Assembly: GCA_963702095.1 (NCBI GenBank)
Contig: OY969706.1
Coordinates: forward strand, 800,001-864,000
Direction: 5' to 3'
DNA: 64,000 bases
From: Candidatus Bathyarchaeota archaeon
GTDB lineage: Archaea > Thermoproteota > Bathyarchaeia > Bathyarchaeales > Bathycorpusculaceae
Position numbers and translations under genes: made by a program
The notes under the pieces: model-generated
Told to the model about the DNA's origin: nothing
What the model saw: only the letters and a program-made list of their open reading frames with translations
Databases searched by the model: none
Shown: positions 10,304 to 20,216 of the stretch, in pieces
Layout of the letters: every line of letters starts with the position of its first letter
Numbering within the stretch: position 1 is the first letter of the stretch

Positions 10304-10885
10304 TTGAAAATTGCGATAATCGGAAAAGGCAACGTTGGAACTGCCCTCTCAAAAGGTTTAAGCAGAGTTGGCTACGAAATCAAATTCGGACACCGCGACC
10401 CCAAAGAGCCCGTGGCAGAAGCTGCAAAATGGGGAGAAGTCATCATTCTCGCCGTTCCACACAGCAACGCGAATGACGCCAGGGCAGCCGTCAAACCCTA
10501 CGCCGACGGAAAAACCATCATAGACGTCATGAACGCGATACCACCAAACATGGAATTGGGCATAAGCTGCGAAACCTCCTCTGCAGAGGAAACCCAGAAA
10601 AAACTTCCCCAAGCGCACGTCGTTAAAGCTTTCAACACCGTTTTCGCCCCTAACCAAAGCAGCGGCAGAATCGGCGACCAACAGTTAACAGCATTTATCG
10701 CCGGCGACGATGCAGAAGCCAAGCAAACGGTGATGCAGATGACCCGTGACATCGGCTTTGATCCCGTTGACTGTGGTCCGTTGAAGTCTGCTCGGTACTT
10801 AGAGGCGATGGGTATTTTGATAATTAATTTAGCGTTTACCTATGGCAGGGGGACGAAAACTGGTTACAGGCTAATCAGAGGCTAA
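10304..10885 (+). CDS. F420H2:NADP+ oxidoreductase family protein
   Basis: GKGNVG Rossmann motif, LAVP, VVKAFNT, AGDD, GFDPVDCG. Confidence 0.85.
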   Translation: MKIAIIGKGNVGTALSKGLSRVGYEIKFGHRDPKEPVAEAAKWGEVIILAVPHSNANDARAAVKPYADGKTIIDVMNAIPPNMELGISCETSSAEETQKKLPQAHVVKAFNTVFAPNQSSGRIGDQQLTAFIAGDDAEAKQTVMQMTRDIGFDPVDCGPLKSARYLEAMGILIINLAFTYGRGTKTGYRLIRG

Positions 10886-10896
10886 GTCAGGCAGTT

Positions 10897-11625
10897 CTAT
10901 GAGGAATCCATGGACATTATTGAATTGTAGACTTGTGACGCTATGATGTCTGCGCCTTCGTCGGTTGGGTGTACTCCGTCCGCTGTGTATTCGCTGTGGT
11001 TGCCGAAGGCATTATAAACATCCACAGTGGACAAGTTGAGGTTGCTTGCCACATTATCTATGTGTGGAATCACTGAATTAGAGAAAGTTGTTTCATTCAA
11101 ACTTAAACTGTTGTTGAAAATCGGCGGAGACCTCACCAATACGATTTCGGGTGTACTGTAGAGCTTTTGGAATGAGGAAATTAACACGCTGTATTCTTGC
11201 TCAAAACAAGTCTGGTACTTGGTGTAGTCGTTTCTGGCATCATTTGTTCCCAGCATTATCACGACAATTTCTGGCTGGAAAGATTCGGCGACATAAAACT
11301 TCGACTCCATCATGTACGGTGTTTCCGACTCAAGCGTAACCGTAGTTCCGCTTACACCAAAGTTCCCAACCGAATAGTTGGCGCCTAGCATAGTGGCAAG
11401 CTTCGCGGTGTACCCGCTTTTTTCTGTGATGCTGTCGCCGACGCAGGCTACGCGGATGGGGTATGTGATGTGTTGTTCTTGAGTGGAACCGACAATACAA
11501 AATAATCCTGTTGATACCGTCATGACCGCAATTGCCAAGGCAAGCAGCTTTAGTTTCGGATTCATCTCTGAGTCTAAACCTATACCTTGGACAATACTGT
11601 GTGTATTAAACTTGTTGACAAGCAA
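10897..11625 (-). CDS. Membrane-anchored SGNH/GDSL esterase (true start probably near MNPKLK)
   Basis: GDSIT, GVSG, LGTND, DGVHP blocks; N-terminal hydrophobic segment. Confidence 0.9.
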   Translation of the reverse strand: MLVNKFNTHSIVQGIGLDSEMNPKLKLLALAIAVMTVSTGLFCIVGSTQEQHITYPIRVACVGDSITEKSGYTAKLATMLGANYSVGNFGVSGTTVTLESETPYMMESKFYVAESFQPEIVVIMLGTNDARNDYTKYQTCFEQEYSVLISSFQKLYSTPEIVLVRSPPIFNNSLSLNETTFSNSVIPHIDNVASNLNLSTVDVYNAFGNHSEYTADGVHPTDEGADIIASQVYNSIMSMDSS

Positions 11626-11706
11626 GTTCTATTCTTCAACAATGATACCGCTTATTGGTTTGATAGGTATAGGCGGAATCGTTCAGCGAATGTGCCATCA
11701 GGGATT

Positions 11707-12780
11707 TTATCCGAGTAGCTTCTTGAAGCCCGGTATCTGTTTCAGAGCCAAGATAACACCCAATGTAAGGAACAGTACAATCACCGTCATTATGGGCACA
11801 CCGATAACCGAGTTTATGACATTGCCGTTAATCGCTAATCCCAAATACCCGTTTTGAACCGACTCCAAAACAATCACGTGAAACAGGAATATCGGCAGCG
11901 AGTTTTGGCTTATTGATGCGATTAACTTTCTGGTCTTCGACGGCTTCTGTTTTTCCACAGTAGTCGTCGCTTGGGGGTTTTGTAGGGTGATTAGAAGCAG
12001 AAACAGGGGGGCTGCTGCGAGGATTAATGTTGGGCTTAGGTATTGCTGGAAAAAGAACATTTCTTTTCCACCCACTGTGGCGGCGATGGCGTAGGTGTTG
12101 ATTGCAGTTAAAGCCACGCCCAAACCGATTAAAAGCCACAGCAACCGCCGACGAGTAGTCTTTACCGTTAGCAAAAATGCCCCTAAAATAAAGTAGCCTG
12201 CATAACCCGTGAAGGTTAAGACGTTGTCATCTAAATAAAATGGGGTTACAAGATGGATAAGTGGCATTATGGAAGCGCTAGCAAACCACAGTATAAGCGC
12301 GTATTTTACGATGTTGAGGCTAGCATGCGCCATCAACACACGAATCAGGGGTGTTAGCAAGTACAGGCCGATGAGCAGGTAAATGTACCAGAACTGGTAG
12401 TATGGCCCTGTTAAGACACCCTGCACAACAGCGCCCGCTGTTAAGGGTTGTTGTTGTACGCCAAAAAACCAAACAAAATAGACAAGACCCGCGAAAATAA
12501 CTGGCAAGCCTATGCGGTCCCAACGTTTCTTAAAGAAAACCTTCAGCGACTCATTGAATTGACTGGGCTGCAAAAGCAAGACGCCTGTGAGCATTAGAAA
12601 CAGTGGAACGCCGATTCTTCCGATGCTCTGGTAAAAGTCTACGGTGACCCAGCGGATCTGTTCAAAAGAAGTCATCTGCTGAATGGTTAAGTCATTTTGG
12701 GAATGGAGAAGAATAACCAGTGTTATAGCTACGGCTCGAATGATGTCTACGCGGTAGGAGAACCCACTATTCTGCCCCAA
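11707..12780 (-). CDS. Acyltransferase-3 family membrane O-acetyltransferase (WecH/OafA-like)
   Basis: DIIRAVAI..VILLH, VPLF.MLTG, KKR..RI, FWYI, S..IFLFH; about ten TMs. Confidence 0.9.
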   Translation of the reverse strand: MGQNSGFSYRVDIIRAVAITLVILLHSQNDLTIQQMTSFEQIRWVTVDFYQSIGRIGVPLFLMLTGVLLLQPSQFNESLKVFFKKRWDRIGLPVIFAGLVYFVWFFGVQQQPLTAGAVVQGVLTGPYYQFWYIYLLIGLYLLTPLIRVLMAHASLNIVKYALILWFASASIMPLIHLVTPFYLDDNVLTFTGYAGYFILGAFLLTVKTTRRRLLWLLIGLGVALTAINTYAIAATVGGKEMFFFQQYLSPTLILAAAPLFLLLITLQNPQATTTVEKQKPSKTRKLIASISQNSLPIFLFHVIVLESVQNGYLGLAINGNVINSVIGVPIMTVIVLFLTLGVILALKQIPGFKKLLG

Positions 12781-12862
12781 CCATGCTCCCCCTGCCCCGC
12801 TATTCTTTTGATGCGTTTAGAATATAAATTTTAACCCAATCAAAGAATTTTAGTTTACTTTT

Positions 12863-13669
12863 TTACCTGCCAACATAGTTCAAAGCAGAATAAACTGTGT
12901 CAGCAATGATTTGGGCGCCCTCGTTAGTTGGGTGAACGCCATCAATGAACAACTCTTCGTGACCCGCCAGAGGCGTGTTTGCATCTATCAACCTGCAGCC
13001 AGTCTGGTTTGCTATAATTTTTATGTCTGGAATAATCTTTTGGAATAACAGTAATCCGCTCAGGTCTACGGTGTTTTGGTAGATGGGCGGCGGCTCAACA
13101 AGCCACACCTCTGGTTTGCTTGGAAGCGACTGGAACTGGGCAATCAACGCGGTGTAGTCGGAGATGAATTTGACGCTGGATTCGTTGAGGTTTGCGTCGG
13201 CATCGTTGGTTCCCAGCATGATAATAACGATGTTGGGCTGGAAGTCTTTTGCGACGGTACAGGCGGTTTCGTTGATGAATGCTTTGCATGATTCTATGTA
13301 GACTGCGACTCCGTCTACTCCGAAGTCGCCGACGATGTAGCTGGAGCCCAGCAAATGCCACAAATCAAGCGTGTACTGGGTTCCTCTGGTTAAGCTATCG
13401 CCGACACAGGCTACGCGTATGGGTTCGGTTTGGATTTCACCTTTTGAGTTGACGGTTATCATGTAGGCTTCTGCACCTGCTGAAACGAGTAAAATCGCAA
13501 CCGCAATCGCCAGCAGTTTCACGGTATGATTCATAGCTCTGTGTTGTTTGGGTTTACTTTTAAGTTTTAAACAATTGCGTGGAAAATTATGTGCTTTGAA
13601 ATGGGTATATATGCAGTTTGCATGAACCGAGTTTAAATAAATAATCAATAAGTTAATATCCGCCGCCAA
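12863..13669 (-). CDS. Membrane-anchored SGNH/GDSL esterase, paralog of 10897-11625 (true start probably MNHTVK, ~13534)
   Basis: GDSLT, LGTND, DGVHP; shares PIRVACVGDS and HPT.EGA.IIA with the paralog. Confidence 0.9.
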   Translation of the reverse strand: MAADINLLIIYLNSVHANCIYTHFKAHNFPRNCLKLKSKPKQHRAMNHTVKLLAIAVAILLVSAGAEAYMITVNSKGEIQTEPIRVACVGDSLTRGTQYTLDLWHLLGSSYIVGDFGVDGVAVYIESCKAFINETACTVAKDFQPNIVIIMLGTNDADANLNESSVKFISDYTALIAQFQSLPSKPEVWLVEPPPIYQNTVDLSGLLLFQKIIPDIKIIANQTGCRLIDANTPLAGHEELFIDGVHPTNEGAQIIADTVYSALNYVGR

Positions 13670-13777
13670 AGCTTTTGCGGTAAAACATAGGGCGCACCAA
13701 AAAATAAGCCCGCCTAAATTGGAGTTTAACCCCCAATTCTTGGAAAATTAAAATGAAAATAACTGGAGTTACAAATA

Positions 13778-15038
13778 TTGAAAATTGAAGTTTTGGGAGG
13801 AGCCAGAGAAGTCGGCGGCTCATGCATCTCCGTCGTAACAGACTCAGCTAAAATAGCGCTGGATTATGGCGCAAAAATCGACGATGTTATACCTAAAAAG
13901 TTGCCGAAGGATTTCGACGCCGTATTTATCAGTCACGCCCACCTGGACCACACTGGTAGCCTTCTGAGCTTATGCAAAAACAACAGCCCAACTATAGTTG
14001 GCTCAGAAATAACCCGTGATGTAACTGTTGACCTTCTCCACGACATGGTCAGTATTCAACAGGAAAAAGGCAACCTAGAATTCGACGACAGTCACGCAGA
14101 AAAAGTGAATAACTGTTGGTGGAGCCGGGACTCCGTTGCGTTGCCCGGTGTCAAGGTTATGCTTCAATCTGCCGGTCACGTTGCAGGCGCAAAAATGACC
14201 AGTTTCGAAGCAGAAAAGAAACGGGTCATTTACACAGGAGATTTCTGTCTTCACGACTCGGAGATACTTCATGGCGCTAAACTCGAAACGCTTCCTAAAA
14301 GCCCCGATCTGCTGATTATGGAATCGACTTATGGCGGAAAAGTTACGCCAGCCCCGTCATGAATTAGTTGACACGTTTATGCAGCAGATGCAGACGGTTA
14401 TGGATCGCAGAGGCAACATTTTGATTCCCACCTTCGCGTTCCACCGCAGCCAAGAAATGGCAAAGCGGATTGACACAGCCATAGAACGTGGAATATTGCC
14501 CCGCTACAACGTTTACACGATCTCTAACCTTGCCCACCGCATAAACAGTTACTTCAACCAAAACAAGCAGCTATTCACCAAAGAAATAAAGCAGCAGAAA
14601 CAGCCCTTCAACTACCGCCATGTCAAGCACCTGTACAGGACTAACCAGATTAAGGAACCAGCCATCGTTGTATGCACGTCAGGGTTTGGCCATGCAGGCG
14701 CAAGCCTACGTTTACTATCTGATTGGTCACAGGACAAAGACAACTGCGTCATCTTAACATCTGGGTATCTGCCTCCTGACAGCCCGCTTAAGCAGGCTAA
14801 GGAAGAGGGTTTCTTCAAAACTGAAGAGGAAGTGGTGACTATGCGTTCGGAGATATGCCAGATTGAACTTTCAGGCCACGCAGACCAAGTGGAGCTTGTA
14901 AAGTTCATCAGCAAGTTGAAGCCCAAACAGACCCTTCTTGTCCACGGCGACCTAGAACAGGCAGAGTTGCTGTCTGAACAAGTTTCAAGTTTGACCGATG
15001 TGGTTATTCCCAAGCAGAACGAGGTCTTCGACGTCTAA
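13778..15038 (+). CDS. Beta-CASP metallo-beta-lactamase ribonuclease without KH domains; split by a +1 frameshift near 14340
   Basis: GGAREVGGS, HAHLDH, AGH, YTGD, ESTYG, then RSQE, SGHAD, VHG; removing one A from GGAAAAG joins the two ORFs. Confidence 0.88.
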
Positions 15039-16348
15039 CTCTGCTGGGTTGACCTAAACCTCAACAACGCCGCTAAGCCTCCCAAAGCGTTAAGTGACTT
15101 TTTCTCTTCTGAAGACGAAGAAATCACTTCAACACTCGCATTGCTCTGCACAGCCAAATCCTCCAACACATCCACTATGTCTTTTTCCCGCAACTCGTAT
15201 GAGGTTGCCCCGCATTTCTGGCAGGGAATCGCTATCATTTCTTGTGCAGCTTGAGTTTTATTTGCGGACAACTCCTTTTTGGGTGTCCCACATTTCTTGC
15301 ATACTGCATCGATTTCAGCTATGTCGGTGTTGTCGGCGACTATTGCCACTTGCACTTCAGCCTTGTTTAGGGCGTTTATCACTTGGTCCAATCCGTAGGT
15401 GGCTAAGCCGTCTGGTTTGCGTAGTTCCGAGAACAGGCGCTGCATGATTTTTTGCTCTTCGGGTCCACACATGTTCTTGAGGAGTTCTTCGGATTTGCAG
15501 ATGACTTCTTTGATGCCTGCTTTATCGACGGATTGGGTGTCCACAGTGTCCAGCAGCATGTTGGAGAGTTCATAGTGCAAAAAGTCGCCTTTCAAGAAAT
15601 CGTTTTTTGTTTGCCCCGGTCCGCCCGCCAATAAGACGTTGACTTGTTTTTTCAGGAAGTTCTTGACTGCGTGTTCTGCGACGCGGTGGAAGAACGCTGT
15701 CAACTCCATGTCGCGTTCTCTTTCGTATCGTCTCTGGCTCTGCCCGCCTTTCCTGGTTTTGCCCGGAACACCCGAGGAGATATTATCCACTACTTCGAGG
15801 TGTTCACCGGTGAGTATGCCGAAACTGGCGTCTTTCGCGTCTAGGGTGAGGATTCCAACGATTTTTGGGTCTCTTAGCATTTCCCGTAGAGGCTCTAAAT
15901 GGAAGTAGTCGTCAACATTGAATTGGTAGGTTGTCAGTGGTTCTGGGGGAATTATGGTTTCAACGGTTAAGGCTTCTTTCTCTCCCCCTGATACGTGTGT
16001 TCCAGCGAAAACCGCCAGCCCATTCTCAGAAGTCTCTTTCAGCTGCCTCAGATGTTGCATAGTGCCTTTAAGAGTGGCTTGAAACCTGTCGTTTAGCCGC
16101 TCCGACCCTAAGTTAATTGATTCCAATTCCTTCTTTAGAAAAGCAACCGACTGGTCCAGAGAGGCTACAAAAGGAACATAGAATGAGACGAATTCTCGCC
16201 CTTTCCCCTGCAAGTCGGATAGGCGTGCGATTTGTTTTCTGAGTTTATGCTGTTTCACTGAGTTAGTTGATGCCAACTGGCAAGAGTAGAAATGGGTGTT
16301 TCTGTTGACGGACAAATCTGAAACCTTAACTATACTATGGCACCGCAA
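15035..16348 (-). CDS. Divergent aRF1/eRF1-family peptide release factor paralog (likely start TTG at 16276). The ORF track labels it +, but the protein reads on the minus strand
   Basis: GKTRKGGQSQRRYER, GPG..K, ENGLAVFAG, CKKC..CQKC minidomain, LGGLAALLRF. Confidence 0.9.
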   Translation of the reverse strand: MRCHSIVKVSDLSVNRNTHFYSCQLASTNSVKQHKLRKQIARLSDLQGKGREFVSFYVPFVASLDQSVAFLKKELESINLGSERLNDRFQATLKGTMQHLRQLKETSENGLAVFAGTHVSGGEKEALTVETIIPPEPLTTYQFNVDDYFHLEPLREMLRDPKIVGILTLDAKDASFGILTGEHLEVVDNISSGVPGKTRKGGQSQRRYERERDMELTAFFHRVAEHAVKNFLKKQVNVLLAGGPGQTKNDFLKGDFLHYELSNMLLDTVDTQSVDKAGIKEVICKSEELLKNMCGPEEQKIMQRLFSELRKPDGLATYGLDQVINALNKAEVQVAIVADNTDIAEIDAVCKKCGTPKKELSANKTQAAQEMIAIPCQKCGATSYELREKDIVDVLEDLAVQSNASVEVISSSSEEKKSLNALGGLAALLRFRSTQQS

Positions 16349-16372
16349 AATTCAAACCTATCGCATCAGAGC

Positions 16373-16708
16373 TTAATGTCTTAGCAGCTTGGGCAACAGG
16401 CAGAAACCGGCGAAAGTCCAAAGCAGCACCCAGCAGCCAAAGGTGAACGCGAAGTAGTCCAGTGTCCAGTCGCTGCATACAAACGCCAAGTAAAACCATG
16501 TTACAAACGCCAAAATGACCCCTAAAAGGAGCGCCCTTGGAAAAAAGAATTTGAAACCAGCGAATAACGCGTTGATTTTTTGGTTCATGCTTGCATGTTT
16601 CGGGGCTTGTTTTTTAAAGACTTCGGCGTTTTGCCCATAAATGGGTTCGACCGCTGAGTCGTAAAAGATGTGTAAAATTGGTGAGGGCGGGGGCCCCCAA
16701 ACGAACAA
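16373..16708 (-). CDS. Small hypothetical membrane protein (start uncertain, perhaps MNQKIN)
   Basis: Two hydrophobic helices in the C-terminal half. Confidence 0.4.
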   Translation of the reverse strand: MFVWGPPPSPILHIFYDSAVEPIYGQNAEVFKKQAPKHASMNQKINALFAGFKFFFPRALLLGVILAFVTWFYLAFVCSDWTLDYFAFTFGCWVLLWTFAGFCLLPKLLRH

Positions 16709-16844
16709 CTATTGAAACCCATTACGCAAGGCAGCTTAAAAGAGGATACTCCGACTCTCGATATATCCAGAGACTGTTGAGCAATCAAACGACATTTTAT
16801 GGGAGACTTTAAAGCGCACCCTTTCGGGAAATAGTAACGTAACG

Positions 16845-17889
16845 GTGCCCAAAAAAATGAGGACGCTCACCAAGTTGATCATAACTGTGTTGGCAGTAGT
16901 CCTTATAGTCAGCAGTACTTTGTTAGTGCTCGCCAACTACCACGTTGCAAGCGATGTTTTAACCCCGACTAAACAATATCCACAGGTTTATATCCGCTCC
17001 AACGGTGAAATCGAAACAAACGGCGCCAATTCCTCAGCGGTGCCAATCAGTCGCAACGGCAACATTTGCACATTAAATGCAGCCATGGAATTAGAAAACA
17101 TGACTATTGAAAAAAGCAAAATAGTGTTTGACGGCAACTATTTCCCAATTCAAATAGTGGGACCCGGCGGTTACAAACATGGACCGACTTTAGCGTATCT
17201 GAATGTCATACGCGCAGAAAACGTAACGGTTCGCAATCTAAATGTTCCCCTCTTTCAGTTGCTTTTCCATGATTGTTGGTCCTGCCAAGCGTTGAACAGC
17301 AAACTTTGTTTCAGTCATAATGAATAACAGTAGAGCCATCTCCGTTTCTGAGATCAGCATTGAGTATGGCGCAACCGTGGACTTGACGAATTCAAGCGAT
17401 TGCACCGTATCCAACAGCACGGTAGCGAACTTCGGACTAAGGAACGCTTATCATAACAAACTGCTCAACAACAACATGAGTGTTGTGAAAGAACTTGCCC
17501 TAAGCATAGTTGATTCAAGCAGCAACCTGTTTTACGGAAACAGGATCGAGCGGTCAATCAGATTGCTCGAAATCTCGGGCTCTTCAGGCAATAACCTGTT
17601 TGTAGGCCACTATGTTCAGGGCTCCTTCAACTACGACCCCACCATCAAAAGCTCGGGAACTAATACGTTTTACCATAACAACTTTGTTTACGTCTACTGG
17701 AACCAAACTTTAACCTCAACGCCTAACATGTGGGATGGCAATTACTGGAATGACTATCACGGGGTAGATGCTAACGGTGATGGCATAGGCGATTCTCCGC
17801 ATCTTATTGACGCCAACAATCAGGATAGGCACCCATTGATGAACCCAGTGGATTTAAGCTTAGAACCCCAACCACAAACATTACCTTGA
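16845..17889 (+). CDS. Secreted NosD/CASH parallel beta-helix protein; split by a frameshift near 17302
   Basis: Signal anchor, YI.SNG, FYHNNF, GNYWNDY.G.D.NGDGIGD.P..ID.NNQD.HPLM motif. Confidence 0.8.
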
Positions 17890-17965
17890 CAACCCTTTAA
17901 TCTTGAACTTTTCGAAGCAGATTCCAACAATAAAGACTCTTTTGTCAATGATTTCTCGTATGGTT

Positions 17966-18075
17966 TGCAGGGGGTGGGATTCGAGCTCGCAACTCAGTGG
18001 GTATATCGCCCGCCTTACCCCCTTTTTAACAGTAAATCACGTTTTTGTTCTCTCTCTTTGAGTGGATTTGCCAGT
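17966..18075 (-). repeat. Ectopic tRNA-Leu 3' end + linker + terminal fragment of repeat A
   Basis: Reverse complement ...CAAAGAGAGAGAACA...ACTGTTAAAAAGGGGGTAAGGCGGGCGATATACCCACTGAGTTGCGAGCTCGAATCCCACCCCCTGCA matches 57295-57376 and the last 19 nt of the tRNA (56157-56175). Confidence 0.85.
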
Positions 18076-18340
18076 ATATACCGAAGCTGTCTTCAAAATA
18101 ATTCAGGAGAGTTCGGTTTTTCACAAAAAGTTTCAATTCTTATGCCAGTCAGAACCAAGCTAAGCCCCATAATCATGCTTTCGTTTGCTAAATTAGCCGT
18201 AACTTGTTACCATTAATGCTCAATTTTGCATTGTAATTCTATGTTTTACAAAGATTGATTTGAAACCTGTGACATATTCTTATCGTTGAAATATAGGTTA
18301 AAACACTGGTTGACAGTGGAACTTCAAAGAGTGAAACAGT

Positions 18341-18589
18341 ATGTCAAACGATTCTGCTCCAGAAGATTGGTCCAACCGCCGAACTGCAACACTAGACTTT
18401 ATAATTAAAAGTTTAAAGGAACACGAGCAAAATCTAGATAAGCTGATCGGTAAACTGATGGAACTCAAGCAACAGATAGATGATACAAAAGAGGTCTATA
18501 GTCGCTTCGAAGAAATAGAAGTCAGCATCGGCAATTTGGAAAGCGAAATTAAACGCTTAAGCGGCTACATCTCGGCTTCAAAAAAATAG
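18341..18589 (+). CDS. Small coiled-coil hypothetical protein
   Basis: LDFII..LKEHE.NLD.LI; heptad pattern. Confidence 0.65.
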   Translation: MSNDSAPEDWSNRRTATLDFIIKSLKEHEQNLDKLIGKLMELKQQIDDTKEVYSRFEEIEVSIGNLESEIKRLSGYISASKK

Positions 18590-18690
18590 CGCATTGTGGT
18601 GCACGCCTCTTAAGATGCATTTTTTGAGTGTGTTTGTTCTTGGGATATATTCATGCATATTACATATTTTTATAAATATGTTAGAGTATT

Positions 18691-19008
18691 TTGCTTTGTG
18701 AAATAACAGTTAAGATAAAAGAAAGGAAGTGGGATATCACGATAGACCTCAAAGAGAATAAGAAAATCAGTCAACTGTATGAACGGACAGGGTCTAGGCA
18801 TCCACAGAAAAACGGGTTTGCAATTTGCCCAGAATGTGGACAAGAACTTCTTATCACACCGACACTCTTAGAAATGAGTCAAGTGATCGAAAACCACGTT
18901 GACTTACATAAGACTGTTTACCAATCCGACTCTTCCCTCGAGGTCACTAAACATCTACGGATTCGGCTCTCTTTGATGTGGCAGGTTTTAGATCAAAAAG
19001 GAATATAG
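18691..19008 (+). CDS. Small hypothetical protein with C2H2-like Zn motif
   Basis: CPECG...ENHVDLH. Confidence 0.55.
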   Translation: MLCEITVKIKERKWDITIDLKENKKISQLYERTGSRHPQKNGFAICPECGQELLITPTLLEMSQVIENHVDLHKTVYQSDSSLEVTKHLRIRLSLMWQVLDQKGI

Positions 19009-19040
19009 TGATTGACCAGTTCTCGCGGGCCAAACGGTAC

Positions 19041-19245
19041 TTTTCTGTTCTCTCTCTTTGTGTGGGTATGGCCGTTTACGGGGCACCACAAGAAAGGTTG
19101 TGTGAGTGATTGTTTTTTTGGGGAAGCATTGTTTTTTGGCGTCTGTTTTGGTGTGGGAAGTGCGTTTTCCACCACACAACCAACATCCCATGCAGAAACC
19201 ACTCCCGTGTGAATGTGAAACCACGTATCGTTTGCTTTCTTAGCG
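19041..19245 (-). repeat. Dispersed repeat family A, copy 2
   Basis: About four mismatches over ~118 nt versus copy 4 (57196-57314), by eye. Confidence 0.9.
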
Positions 19246-19405
19246 ACCGACAGAGAACAGCAAAAAACAGCACAACACAGATCAGGCACCAACAACCCCC
19301 ACACAAACCCAGCCCCACCCACAAAACACAACCCCCATCCAGAAAACCCCACAAAACAAACACAAATGTAATTCTGATAAAAGTCAAAAAACAAAAAATC
19401 ATGTG

Positions 19406-19666
19406 TTAAATGTATGCTTCATCGTGGTGGGCATACTTTATTATTTGTACAGTTGAGGGGTTTTCTGTCACTCGGTATATGAGTACAAATGATCCTGTGT
19501 GGACTCTGCGGAGGCTTTCTATGGGGTGTTTTAGGGTTTTGAATTGGTAGGGGTCGGTTAGGACCTGGTTGATTTTCTTGTTTATAGCCTCTAGTTGTAC
19601 TCGGTCTTTTTTGAGGAGTTTGTGGAAGGTTTTTGAGACTTCTGCTTCGATTTCAAGGCTGTACAC
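19406..19666 (-). CDS. RelE/ParE-family toxin
   Basis: 86 aa, K.LK..., RRVH.GSFVLIY, HHDEAY; downstream of antitoxin. Confidence 0.85.
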   Translation of the reverse strand: MYSLEIEAEVSKTFHKLLKKDRVQLEAINKKINQVLTDPYQFKTLKHPIESLRRVHTGSFVLIYRVTENPSTVQIIKYAHHDEAYI

Positions 19667-19670
19667 GCAA

Positions 19671-19922
19671 TCACTTTAGCCCGTACTCTTCCGCGAAATC
19701 CTTAACTTTTATGAATTTGCCGTTTTTGGCGGTAGCTTCTATTTCCGCTGCAAACTCTGGTCGTAGTTGGGGTTCCAGTTCGCATTCTTCATAGCGTTTG
19801 ATGATTATGCTTAGGGCTTGGCTTTTGTCTTTGAGTCCGTATTTTGCTTTGACTATGTTGATTACTCGGTTCTCCCGATCATCTATGTCTATGACGTTTT
19901 TTACCATTTGAACCGCCTTCAA
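19671..19922 (-). CDS. Antitoxin (DUF2683-like)
   Basis: NRVINIVKAKYGLKDKSQA, EPQLRPEF. Confidence 0.8.
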   Translation of the reverse strand: MKAVQMVKNVIDIDDRENRVINIVKAKYGLKDKSQALSIIIKRYEECELEPQLRPEFAAEIEATAKNGKFIKVKDFAEEYGLK

Positions 19923-19937
19923 TTACGCCATGTAATT
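19921..19937. promoter_or_regulatory. Inverted repeat, probable TA autoregulatory operator
   Basis: AATTAC-GCCAT-GTAATT at the antitoxin start. Confidence 0.4.
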
Positions 19938-20216
19938 GCGTGTAACTAGAGATTATTTAATTATTGTCGATGTGCCCAAATTAAACGGGAAAAAGATAAG
20001 GTGGGCTTAGGTGTGTGGGATTGCTCTTTGTTGTTTTGTTGTAAGTGGGTTTGGTGTTAGAGGGTTTGGGCTTGTTTTGTTCTGGTGTTTTTCGCGGGTT
20101 TTTGGGTGTGTTTCTGGGAAAGTTTAATATGGTTTATAGTCGATTGGGGTTGTATTAGCAGGTTCAACTTGTAGTAAGTAAATACTTAACAAGTCTGCAT
20201 GGAGAAGGTGGGGTAA

